Shown here piece by piece: positions 9,660 to 17,813 of a DNA stretch of 64,000 bases. Below the pieces are notes generated by a model. The model made no database searches and was not told where the DNA came from. It was given only the letters and a program-made list of their open reading frames with translations. The DNA comes from an uncultured delta proteobacterium (GTDB taxonomy: Bacteria; Myxococcota_A; Polyangia; Haliangiales; Haliangiaceae), in contig CAWKDB010000010.1 in NCBI GenBank assembly GCA_963848295.1, positions 416,001-480,000 on the forward strand, given 5' to 3'. A program made the position numbers and the translations under genes. Every line of letters begins with the position of its first letter. Position 1 is the first letter of the stretch.

Positions 9660-10772
9660 TCATAGCCGATAGTGGAACTGGAACAACGCATAGCCCGACG
9701 TTCGGCCACCCGAGCCGAGCGCGGTGGTCTGGATCCGATTCGTGAGCAGCAGTTCCCAGTGCGAGCTCGTGAACCAATGAAGATTCGCGTCGAACGCCTC
9801 GAGATCGACGTTCCTGACGTGGACATCCTCATCGTACTGGGAGAGTCCGATGTCGAGCATCCACGCGTCGTGGAAGAACCACGTTCCCATCAAGTAGCTC
9901 ACCAGCTGATCCCGCACGCCGCCTGCCGTGAATGTTTGATGGACCACTTGGCCCTCGAGCTGGAACAAGAGACTTGCAGGCTCGAGCCACAGCTTAGCGG
10001 TCAGTCCGCCGGCGGTTCGTGCGTCATCCGGGCTCTTCGCATAACGACCTTCAGCGCCCAACGAGAATATCTTGCTGAGCCGGGCTTCCGTATATAGCGC
10101 TGCGCCGTTGCCATGCTCGACGACGTCCTGCATCGGATCGTGGACGAATGCGGTGAAGTGAGCTTCCCACTTCGGATCGACATACTCGAATGCAGCCCCG
10201 TACGTCTCACCGTACAACGGCGTCTGGCCGTACTGGCGCGTGAAGTCGTTGTGCTCGGCGAAGCGCAACCCGAAGACGGGCATGAATCTGCCGACGCGAA
10301 TGTACAAGCCGCTCGAGCTGTCCGGGGCCTGTTGCCACATCAGGTAGTGCTCGCGCAGTTGCAAGTAGGTCAGCGGGCGGCTGCTGTTGCCTTCTTGCAC
10401 GCCGAGTGTGGCGTAGAACGAAAACGCGCCGTCGCGCGCGTCCGCCGCGCCCTCCGCCTGCATCGGAAACGCGCCGAGATGCGGCCCGAGGTCGTCGATC
10501 AGTCCGAGGCCGCCGCGGAAATCAGCACTGACCTCGAGCCAGGTCGGCCCGACCAACTTACCGTGTCCCGCCTCCGGCGCGCCGCCATATGTCGATCCCG
10601 TTTCGGCGACCGCGAGCCCGTTCTCGCCGAGCAGACCGCCTCCCGCGGGCGAGATATGACAACTCGAGCACGTCTGATCCTTGCTCAGCTGAAATTGCGG
10701 ATACGCGACCGCGATTGTCGGCGCTGCGACGATCCAGCAGAAGGCAATGACCGCCGCGAAACGCGCGGGCAT
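9660..10772 (-). CDS. Monoheme c-type cytochrome fused to an outer-membrane beta-barrel
   Basis: Signal peptide (..IAVA|YPQFQ); CSSCH right after cleavage; amphipathic strands ending LFQFHYRL; TAATG overlap with the upstream gene. Confidence 0.8.
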   Translation of the reverse strand: MPARFAAVIAFCWIVAAPTIAVAYPQFQLSKDQTCSSCHISPAGGGLLGENGLAVAETGSTYGGAPEAGHGKLVGPTWLEVSADFRGGLGLIDDLGPHLGAFPMQAEGAADARDGAFSFYATLGVQEGNSSRPLTYLQLREHYLMWQQAPDSSSGLYIRVGRFMPVFGLRFAEHNDFTRQYGQTPLYGETYGAAFEYVDPKWEAHFTAFVHDPMQDVVEHGNGAALYTEARLSKIFSLGAEGRYAKSPDDARTAGGLTAKLWLEPASLLFQLEGQVVHQTFTAGGVRDQLVSYLMGTWFFHDAWMLDIGLSQYDEDVHVRNVDLEAFDANLHWFTSSHWELLLTNRIQTTALGSGGRTSGYALFQFHYRL

Positions 10773-11149
10773 TACTCTAGACCTTCGGCGCCGGCTGCGA
10801 TCCAGTTCGTGATCAGATCGATATCGGCCTGAGGCAGCGGCGCGTCGGGCGGCATGATGCGCGCCGAGTCGGTCAGGACGGTCACGAGCTCCGAGCTCCC
10901 GGCCAAGCCTGGCGTGACCAGCGGCTGACCGCGTTGCTGAGTCTTCAGCGAGGCGATCGCAGCATCGATCGTGTCGAACGCGAGATTGTGCGCACGCGTC
11001 TCCGATGAATGACACGCTGCCCGACCGCAGCTCGGGACGAGGATGGCCTCGATAATGTAGTCCGCGGTTTCCGGTCTTGTATCCGGCCCGCTCGCGCACG
11101 CAGCGATCGCACCGATCGCGCCTACGGCAAGTACGTCTCGGAGGTTCAC
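10772..11149 (-). CDS. Monoheme cytochrome c lipoprotein (CX4CH, planctomycete cytochrome c-like)
   Basis: Lipobox IAAC; CGRAACH; V.PG...SS.L and distal-Met motif IMPP...WI..GA. Confidence 0.8.
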   Translation of the reverse strand: MNLRDVLAVGAIGAIAACASGPDTRPETADYIIEAILVPSCGRAACHSSETRAHNLAFDTIDAAIASLKTQQRGQPLVTPGLAGSSELVTVLTDSARIMPPDAPLPQADIDLITNWIAAGAEGLE

Positions 11150-11320
11150 GCCGGCGACTCTAGCTGCTCGCCGAAACAACCCTCGACAGGATCTCGCGCA
11201 CGGATGATTAGCAATTCGTAAACGATCCGGAGTTCGCCACGTCTAGGCCGGCCGTGCGCAACATGCGCAACGCTGGCTTCCGTTCCATCACGTCCGCTAT
11301 TCGATCGATCGTCGCGGAGG

Positions 11321-11807
11321 CTACAGGTGCGCGATGCCCTGAGCTCCCCCGTGGCACGCGGCGGAGTTGCAATCGCCCGTCGCCGCCGTCGAGACCATGA
11401 ACTTCGTGCTTGGACAAAGGCTCGACTCGACTTGGATCGGAAACGCGGCCGGAAGATACGAAAAAATTTCCGTTCGTACTGACGATGATCTCTTGCTTGC
11501 CGCCGTTCGCGTCGGCGATCGTGACGGTCGCGTTGTTCGCCGGCGTAACGTTGTCTGCAAGGTTCAGTGTGCCGGCGATCGAGAAGCCGTGGTTGTGGCA
11601 ACTGCCCAGGCAGTCTTGGCCGGGATTGTGGTGACCATCGCCGTGCAGAATGTTGGCCGGCGCGCAGGTTGGCACAGCGTCGGTGATCATCGACGCGTCG
11701 CGCATCACGCCGTCGAGACTCGCATCGTGGGAGCCAAGCGCATCGCCGTGGTGCGTTTCGCTCGCGTCGGCTTCTTCGTAGACCGTCGGCTGCCGACATG
11801 ACACCAC
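11321..11807 (-). CDS. Diheme cytochrome lipoprotein paralog A (frameshift at ~11465)
   Basis: GHHNPGQDCLGSCH...AGTL...NGNF continues in another frame as SYLPAAFP...CNSAACH...AHL; break lies in a 6-nt homopolymer; colinear with 39753-40274; start uncertain. Confidence 0.75.
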
Positions 11808-11859
11808 GATTACAGCACGATCACCGTAGCAATTCGCGCCGCTGCCGCGGCGACGCGGC

Positions 11860-12657
11860 TCACCATTGCCCGGCGATCGCGATCCCGTCGGTCGTCGGCG
11901 CGATCACTATCGAACGAGGAAGCGTGCCCAAGAGTCTTGGCACGAAATGGCCCGCGAGCGCACCGACCGCGGCACCTACAAGGACATCGCTCGCGAAGTG
12001 CTGGTCGGCGGCGATCCTCAGGTACCCGGTCGTCGCAGCTAGGGTCAGGCCGATCGCCCAGATCGCCGGCTCGTAGCGCGAGTGGCGGCGGTGCGCGACC
12101 TCCCCCGCGCTCACGGCGAGTGCGAAGCCAAGCGTGGTGTGGCCGGAGAAGAACGAGAGATGACTATCGACCGTCGGGTTGATCGGGGACGTCGCAAGAG
12201 CTGCATACGGACGTTCGCGAGCTGCGGTCAGCTTCACGGCCTGATCGAGCAGCGCGCTGTAGGTCGCCGCTTCGAGGATAGGAAGCTCGTCATCGATCAC
12301 GCGTGCCCAATGCAGGTCATCGTCGCTGTACGCCGACAGGAGCGTGAGCCCGACGGCAGCCAATGGCGCGGCGACATAGCCGCTCGCGGTACTCAGCTCG
12401 GCGGCCCGCGTCGGCGAGCTCCAGACGAGGTGCTCGCGGACATCCTCGTCGAAGTCCGGCACGGCGCACCATCGACACGCGGTCGGCCCCGTCGAGCTCT
12501 CGAGCGCGACCGAGCCCGCGTAGATCGCGGCGCCGGTCACCACTGCGATCAGATGATGAATGCGTCGGCGACCCTCGGGACCATCGGTCCAACTGTCGGC
12601 GTGCACTGCGTGCGGCGAGATCAGCAAGAGAGCAAACGCGAGGACCAGACTGCGCAC
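11860..12657 (-). CDS. PAP2-family phosphatase
   Basis: K...ARERP, SFFSGH and LRIAADQHFASDV motifs. Confidence 0.9.
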   Translation of the reverse strand: MRSLVLAFALLLISPHAVHADSWTDGPEGRRRIHHLIAVVTGAAIYAGSVALESSTGPTACRWCAVPDFDEDVREHLVWSSPTRAAELSTASGYVAAPLAAVGLTLLSAYSDDDLHWARVIDDELPILEAATYSALLDQAVKLTAARERPYAALATSPINPTVDSHLSFFSGHTTLGFALAVSAGEVAHRRHSRYEPAIWAIGLTLAATTGYLRIAADQHFASDVLVGAAVGALAGHFVPRLLGTLPRSIVIAPTTDGIAIAGQW

Positions 12658-12909
12658 GCTTCACCGTAGGCCCATTCGTCGAGAGGTCGGGTTAAGCGCC
12701 GATAAAGCAGCGAGTTTGCCGAGCTCGCGCCGTGCGCGCGAACATCAAGGAGTCGCGTCTCGCCAGTACTTCGTGCCGCGTTCTGCCGCGTTGCGGTCAG
12801 CTTGTTAGTTACGCGTGTTATGTGCCCGAACATAAATTCGCCGACGGTGTACTGAACTTGCGCAGTCGGATTTCGTTTTTGCAACGGCGACGTTCACGCT
12901 ACGGTGCTC

Positions 12910-13148
12910 GTGTGTTTTGCAAATCTACGCGGCGCGGTCTCGGTCGCTGGTTGATCGCGCTCTGTCTTACCGTCGGCTGCAGTCATGTTCGACCAACACA
13001 GCGCGCTCGGCTCGCGAGCCCCGCGATGCAGTTCGAGATGGACCCTGTTGCCGACGGGCAGCGCGCCGGCATCCTCGAAATCACCGAGGGCGCGACGTTC
13101 CCAACCGCGGGACCTGGCGCCGCTGGCGCGGGTTGCGGCTGCAATTGA
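12910..13148 (+). CDS. DUF4266-family small lipoprotein
   Basis: VGCSHVRPTQRARLASPAMQF...EGA...GAGCGCN C-terminus; start uncertain. Confidence 0.85.
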
Positions 13149-14554
13149 AACTCGCGATCGCGATCGCGGTCGGCGCGGTGATCGTTCACGCGCCACATAT
13201 GGCAGACGCCGATCCACCACCCGACGCGTCGACCGCCGATCCCGCTTCACCGCCGCTCGCGCCACCGGGGGCCACCGCGCCGTCGACGCCCGCACCGTCG
13301 GCCGCCGCAGCGACGACCGCGCCGAGTGCGACGAGCGGACCACCCGGCGACGACGCGACGACGGTAACCCCCGAGGAGATCGAGCACGGGCTCGACGGCC
13401 AACCACGGACACCCGCGTCCGATGCCAGCACCCCGACGACCGGCACGATCCGCGTTGGCGGGTATCACGACAGCGATCAGACGACCGTCTACCGTGCGCT
13501 CGGCGCGCTCGCGCATGATTTCGGTCGATGGTCGTTGAACAGCAGCTTCGGCGTCGACGCGGTCACGAGCGCGTCTGTCGACGTGCGGTCGTCGCCGGCG
13601 CTCAGCAAAGTCGATGTCGTGACGAGCGCGTCGGGGCGCAGCTCGAGCTCTGGCGGACAGATGACCGACACGCGGTATCAGCTGACCGGTGGAGCCGGAT
13701 GGAATGACAGCAAAGGCGCCACCGCAAGCTTCACCGGCGCGGTCGCGAAGGAGAACGACTACGCGAGCGTGAGCGGAGGGTTCAACGGATCCTACGACGT
13801 ACTCGATCGAACGCTGACGCTACTCGGCGGCTTCACGCTCACCGACAACTGGGTTTCGAGCGTGCTCGACCCCACGCTGCATCACAAGATGGTCGCGGCC
13901 GGGTGGTCGCTCGGCATGGCGCGCGTGCTCACGCCCGACGACGCACTCCGCGTGCGCTACGACGGCAAGTTTGGCGACGGCTACCTCTCCTCGCCGTACC
14001 GCGACGTGCGGTTCGGCGATTGGACTGCGGTCCTCGGCATGCAGCAGATCACGTTCTCGAACACGCTCGGTAGTGCCGCCGGCTTGCCGGAGCACGAACC
14101 CGAGACGCGGCTCAGCCACGCGGTCGTATTCGAATGGGTGCATTCGCTCGCGACCGGCGTCGCGCTCCACCCCGAAGTCAGGCTGTCGCACGACAGTTGG
14201 AACTTGAATAGCCTCGGGGCAGGACTCGATCTGCGGCTAGCGAGACCGACCTGGCGTTTGCAAGCAGGCTATCGCTTCTACCTCCAGGGCCACGCCGACT
14301 TCTTCGAAGACAAGTACACGCTCGCGCCGAGCGCGTACACGTACTACACGTCCGACAAGGAGCTCGGCGACCAAGTCGGGCACATCGTGCGTTTCGACTT
14401 TGCTCACGTCGTGATGGACGCGGACGGCCCGAATGACAACCGGCTGCTGTTCACGTTTCAGCTCGACCTGATGCACTACAGCTACCCGGGCTTTCTGCTG
14501 CTGTCGTCGCGCGACAGCGTGTTCGGCTCGATCGGGCTCAGCTGGGAGCCATAG
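13133..14554 (+). CDS. DUF3570-family outer-membrane beta-barrel
   Basis: MRLQLK start overlaps the GCGCN end of DUF4266; VDAVTSAS, ENDYAS, GYLSSPYR, E..P.TR, YRFYLQ..ADFF, TSDKEL motifs. Confidence 0.85.
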   Translation: MRLQLKLAIAIAVGAVIVHAPHMADADPPPDASTADPASPPLAPPGATAPSTPAPSAAAATTAPSATSGPPGDDATTVTPEEIEHGLDGQPRTPASDASTPTTGTIRVGGYHDSDQTTVYRALGALAHDFGRWSLNSSFGVDAVTSASVDVRSSPALSKVDVVTSASGRSSSSGGQMTDTRYQLTGGAGWNDSKGATASFTGAVAKENDYASVSGGFNGSYDVLDRTLTLLGGFTLTDNWVSSVLDPTLHHKMVAAGWSLGMARVLTPDDALRVRYDGKFGDGYLSSPYRDVRFGDWTAVLGMQQITFSNTLGSAAGLPEHEPETRLSHAVVFEWVHSLATGVALHPEVRLSHDSWNLNSLGAGLDLRLARPTWRLQAGYRFYLQGHADFFEDKYTLAPSAYTYYTSDKELGDQVGHIVRFDFAHVVMDADGPNDNRLLFTFQLDLMHYSYPGFLLLSSRDSVFGSIGLSWEP

Positions 14555-14958
14555 GCTCCAGACGCCTGCGCACTTCGCCGTCGGGCCCTCTCTTCGCGCC
14601 CATCGGCGCCCCGATCGTGAACTGCGTGCCACATCGGTGCGCAAATCACGGCCAGCGGTGTCGGGTCGCTTCCTGCTCTCGACACGCTCCGATCTCGGAT
14701 TGTCGTCGAGGACCGTATGCCCCACGACTCGCGCCTGCGCGCTGCGCCCAACGAGTTGCGGCTGCAACATCATCAAGCTTTGACTGAAATCGAAACCGAA
14801 TATCATGTCTGGATCGCGTGAGCCGTGCCGGCTCGATCAGAGTCAACCGAGTCAACCACCCACCGCGATCACCGCTTGGAGCAAGCCTCAACTGGCGCGA
14901 GCAATGCAAATCGAACTGCGCGGGTGACGAACGCACGGTTCGCCCCCCAAGGAGCCGC

Positions 14959-15462
14959 ATGTTGCAGCTGAGCGATGACGAGGACAACGGCTTTGACAGC
15001 GAGCCGACGGACGTATCACTGGCATTACCTCGCGCGCGTATCCTCGTAGTCGACGACGAGCCTGTGTCGCGCGACGCGATTGTCACGAAGCTTCGCTTAG
15101 ATGGATACGATGTATACGTGGCCCGCTCGGGCGACGAAGCACTCGTCATGCTCGCAACGATGCGGTGCGATGGTTCGCCCACCGGCGACGTCGATCTCCT
15201 CGTGCTCAACCCGCACATGCATGGACGATGCGGAGTCAACGTCCTCCGCGAGCTTCGAAGTGAGCAATCAACGATCCCTGCATTGTTTATCGCCGACGGT
15301 CCAGATCCCGGGCTGTTCACGATCGCCGCTTTGCTCGGCGCACGCGTCATGTTGAAACCGATCGATCTCGACCGGCTAGGCGACGCTGCGATCAAGTTGA
15401 TCCTGGCACGACCGCCAAGTCTTCTTTGGGCCACGCTGGAAACCCCGCGGTCGAGAACCTGA
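14959..15462 (+). CDS. Atypical response regulator (phospho-Asp replaced by Asn)
   Basis: ILVVDDE...DLLVLN...LKPID; AAGGAG RBS. Confidence 0.75.
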   Translation: MLQLSDDEDNGFDSEPTDVSLALPRARILVVDDEPVSRDAIVTKLRLDGYDVYVARSGDEALVMLATMRCDGSPTGDVDLLVLNPHMHGRCGVNVLRELRSEQSTIPALFIADGPDPGLFTIAALLGARVMLKPIDLDRLGDAAIKLILARPPSLLWATLETPRSRT

Positions 15463-15723
15463 TCGGCTCGCTCCGTGGGCTGCATGAATCAGTCGGTCCG
15501 ATTCTCCGTTGCGGAGCGACTCAGTATTTTGACCGTCACGCCGATCCCGACGTTCGTGCCGGTGCGCAATCTAGCGGAGACCGCGGCGGGTTTCATGTGC
15601 AGATCGGGGAAGACCTCGACGTACGGAACCTGCACAAGACGTGCGGCGAACCGGCTCAGACGAGTTATCCGCTGTAAGCAGCCGAGGACAGACAGTGACA
15701 AGGCGCGGTGGTTTGCTACCGCG

Positions 15724-15894
15724 ATGAGAAGAGCGGACGGGCTCTACGATATCTCGCGGCGCAAGTTCTGTGCGGTCGCGGGGCTGACGCTGGTCGTCGG
15801 CTGTATCGACAGTGATGGCAGCGTCGTCCAGACCGGCCAGCTCGGCGACAACCTATCGCAGACCGTCGCCGCGTCGGTGAGGTTGAATTCCTGA
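15724..15894 (+). pseudogene. Truncated twin-arginine lipoprotein remnant
   Basis: SRRKFC twin-Arg motif and LVVGC lipobox, then a stop after about 30 residues. Confidence 0.4.
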
Positions 15895-15923
15895 TGCCGC
15901 TCCTCGCCGGAGCTGGAGGTCGT

Positions 15924-16424
15924 ATGAAGTCCGTCACAGCTGCTGTCGCGATGCTCGCCGTGATGGTGCTCGGCGAGGTCGCGCGTGCCGAGGTCAAGCA
16001 AGGCGATCACTTCACCGAGCTCGACGCGGTCACCGCCAAGGGCAAGAAGTTCCGGCTCAAAGCCATGGCCGGCAAATGGGTCTTGTACACGTTCGGCGCG
16101 AGTTGGTGCCAGCCGTGCCACAAGGAGCTGCCCGCTTACGACCGGATCTCGCCCAAGCTCGCGGGCAAGGTGCTGTTCGTGGCCGTGAACATCGACGAGA
16201 AGGTCAAGGACGGCCAAGACTTCCTCGACTCGCTGAAGCTTCACCACATGTTCCCGGTGTTCATGTCAGACGGCTCGAGCGCCGCGCTCAAGGCGTATGA
16301 CCCCGACCACATGCCGTCGACGTTCGTGATCGATCCGACCGGTATCGTCCGCTATGTGCACTACGGCTTCGAACCGGGCGACGAGGACAAGGTCGCCACT
16401 GCACTGCTCGGTCTGACGAAGTAG
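15924..16424 (+). CDS. TlpA/ResA-family exported thioredoxin
   Basis: Signal peptide; ASWCQPCHKELP; MPSTFVID; GGAGG RBS. Confidence 0.92.
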   Translation: MKSVTAAVAMLAVMVLGEVARAEVKQGDHFTELDAVTAKGKKFRLKAMAGKWVLYTFGASWCQPCHKELPAYDRISPKLAGKVLFVAVNIDEKVKDGQDFLDSLKLHHMFPVFMSDGSSAALKAYDPDHMPSTFVIDPTGIVRYVHYGFEPGDEDKVATALLGLTK

Positions 16425-16434
16425 GAGTCGCCTC

Positions 16435-17778
16435 ATGCGCCGCGTTACCCCCTGGCTAGTCCTCGTGTTCGTCTTGCTCGTCCCCGCGCTTGCGAGTGCG
16501 GATGACGGCAGCTTCGAGAAATACCAACAACGCGGATACTTGTGGATGTTCCTCGGCTCGTTCGGGGCCGGGTTTCTAACGTCGCTGACCCCGTGTGTCT
16601 ACCCGATGATCCCGATCACCCTTGCGATCTTCGGTGCGCGGGGAAAAGACGTGTCCAAGAAGCGCGCTCTCGGCCTCGCTACTGCCTACGTCAGCGGGAT
16701 GGCGGTCACGTATGCCGCACTCGGCGTGGCCTTCGCGCTCCTAGGCAAGGGCGCGAACTTCGGCACCCAACTCTCGAGCCCTTACGTCGTCATTCCGCTC
16801 GTACTGCTCTTCGTTGCCCTCGCGCTCTCGATGTTCGGCTTGTACGAGCTCAACCTCCCGTCGTCGATCCAGCAGAGGCTCAATCGGATCGGCGGCAAGG
16901 GTCCCGGTGGTGCATTCGCGATGGGGCTGGTCGGCGGGTTGATCGCCGCGCCATGCACTGGACCGTTTCTCGCCGGACTTCTCTTGTTTGTGTCGACGTC
17001 GGGCAGCGTTGTCACCGGCGGTTCACTGCTCTTCACCTACGCGATCGGCATGGGGGTCCTGTTCTGGGGGCTCGCCGCGTTCTCGCTCTCGCTACCAAAA
17101 AGCGGCGCATGGATGGAGCATGTCAAGTCGATCGCCGGGCTCGGCTTGCTGTTTGCCGCGCTCTACTACCTGCGACCCCTCTTCCAGCCGATGCGGACGT
17201 TCGCCTCCCCCGAGCCATGGTTCCTCGTCGCGTCGCTCGCGACCATCACGGTCGGGCTCGCGCTCGGCGCAGTTCACAAGTCCTTTCACGGGTCGGGCCG
17301 AGAGAGATGGCGTAAGGCGAGTGGGGCCGCGCTCGTGATCGTCGGAGCGTTCGCCGCGTACACATGGACGCTGACTCCGAAGCAGCACTTAGGATGGATC
17401 GTCGACGACGAAGAAGCCGCATTCGCGAAAGCTGCGGCCGAGGACAAGGGCGTGATGGTCGACTTCGGCGCTAGCTGGTGCAGACCATGCGAAGACATGG
17501 AGCTCGTTTTCGACGACGACGATGTCCGTGCGGCGATCACGGAGAGCTTCGTACCACTCAGGTTCGACGTCTCCGACGGCAACGACACCGATCTCGAGCG
17601 CAAGTCCCGTTACGGTGCGGACACGCTCCCAGCCGTCATTTTCATGTCGAAAGAACATGTCCTGCTCGCGCGCGTCTCGGAGGAGATGAAGGCGGACCAG
17701 ATGTTAGACGTTGTTCGCCCGGCAGCGGCCCGGACCAAGGGCCGGCCCCCGGTCATGCCTGCATCGAAGCAGCAATGA
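16435..17778 (+). CDS. dsbD: DsbD/CcdA-type disulfide interchange membrane protein with C-terminal thioredoxin
   Basis: SLTPCVYPMIP and AAPCTGP TM cysteines; LPKSGAWM; DFGASWCRPC. Confidence 0.9.
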   Translation: MRRVTPWLVLVFVLLVPALASADDGSFEKYQQRGYLWMFLGSFGAGFLTSLTPCVYPMIPITLAIFGARGKDVSKKRALGLATAYVSGMAVTYAALGVAFALLGKGANFGTQLSSPYVVIPLVLLFVALALSMFGLYELNLPSSIQQRLNRIGGKGPGGAFAMGLVGGLIAAPCTGPFLAGLLLFVSTSGSVVTGGSLLFTYAIGMGVLFWGLAAFSLSLPKSGAWMEHVKSIAGLGLLFAALYYLRPLFQPMRTFASPEPWFLVASLATITVGLALGAVHKSFHGSGRERWRKASGAALVIVGAFAAYTWTLTPKQHLGWIVDDEEAAFAKAAAEDKGVMVDFGASWCRPCEDMELVFDDDDVRAAITESFVPLRFDVSDGNDTDLERKSRYGADTLPAVIFMSKEHVLLARVSEEMKADQMLDVVRPAAARTKGRPPVMPASKQQ

Positions 17779-17813
17779 ACCGCCCGACGAGCTCCGGCCG
17801 ATGATCGTTGTGG

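Noticed and set aside
15701..15717. AGGCGCGGTGGTTTGCT as a sigma54 promoter
   Set aside because: GG-GC spacing is 11 rather than the required 10.
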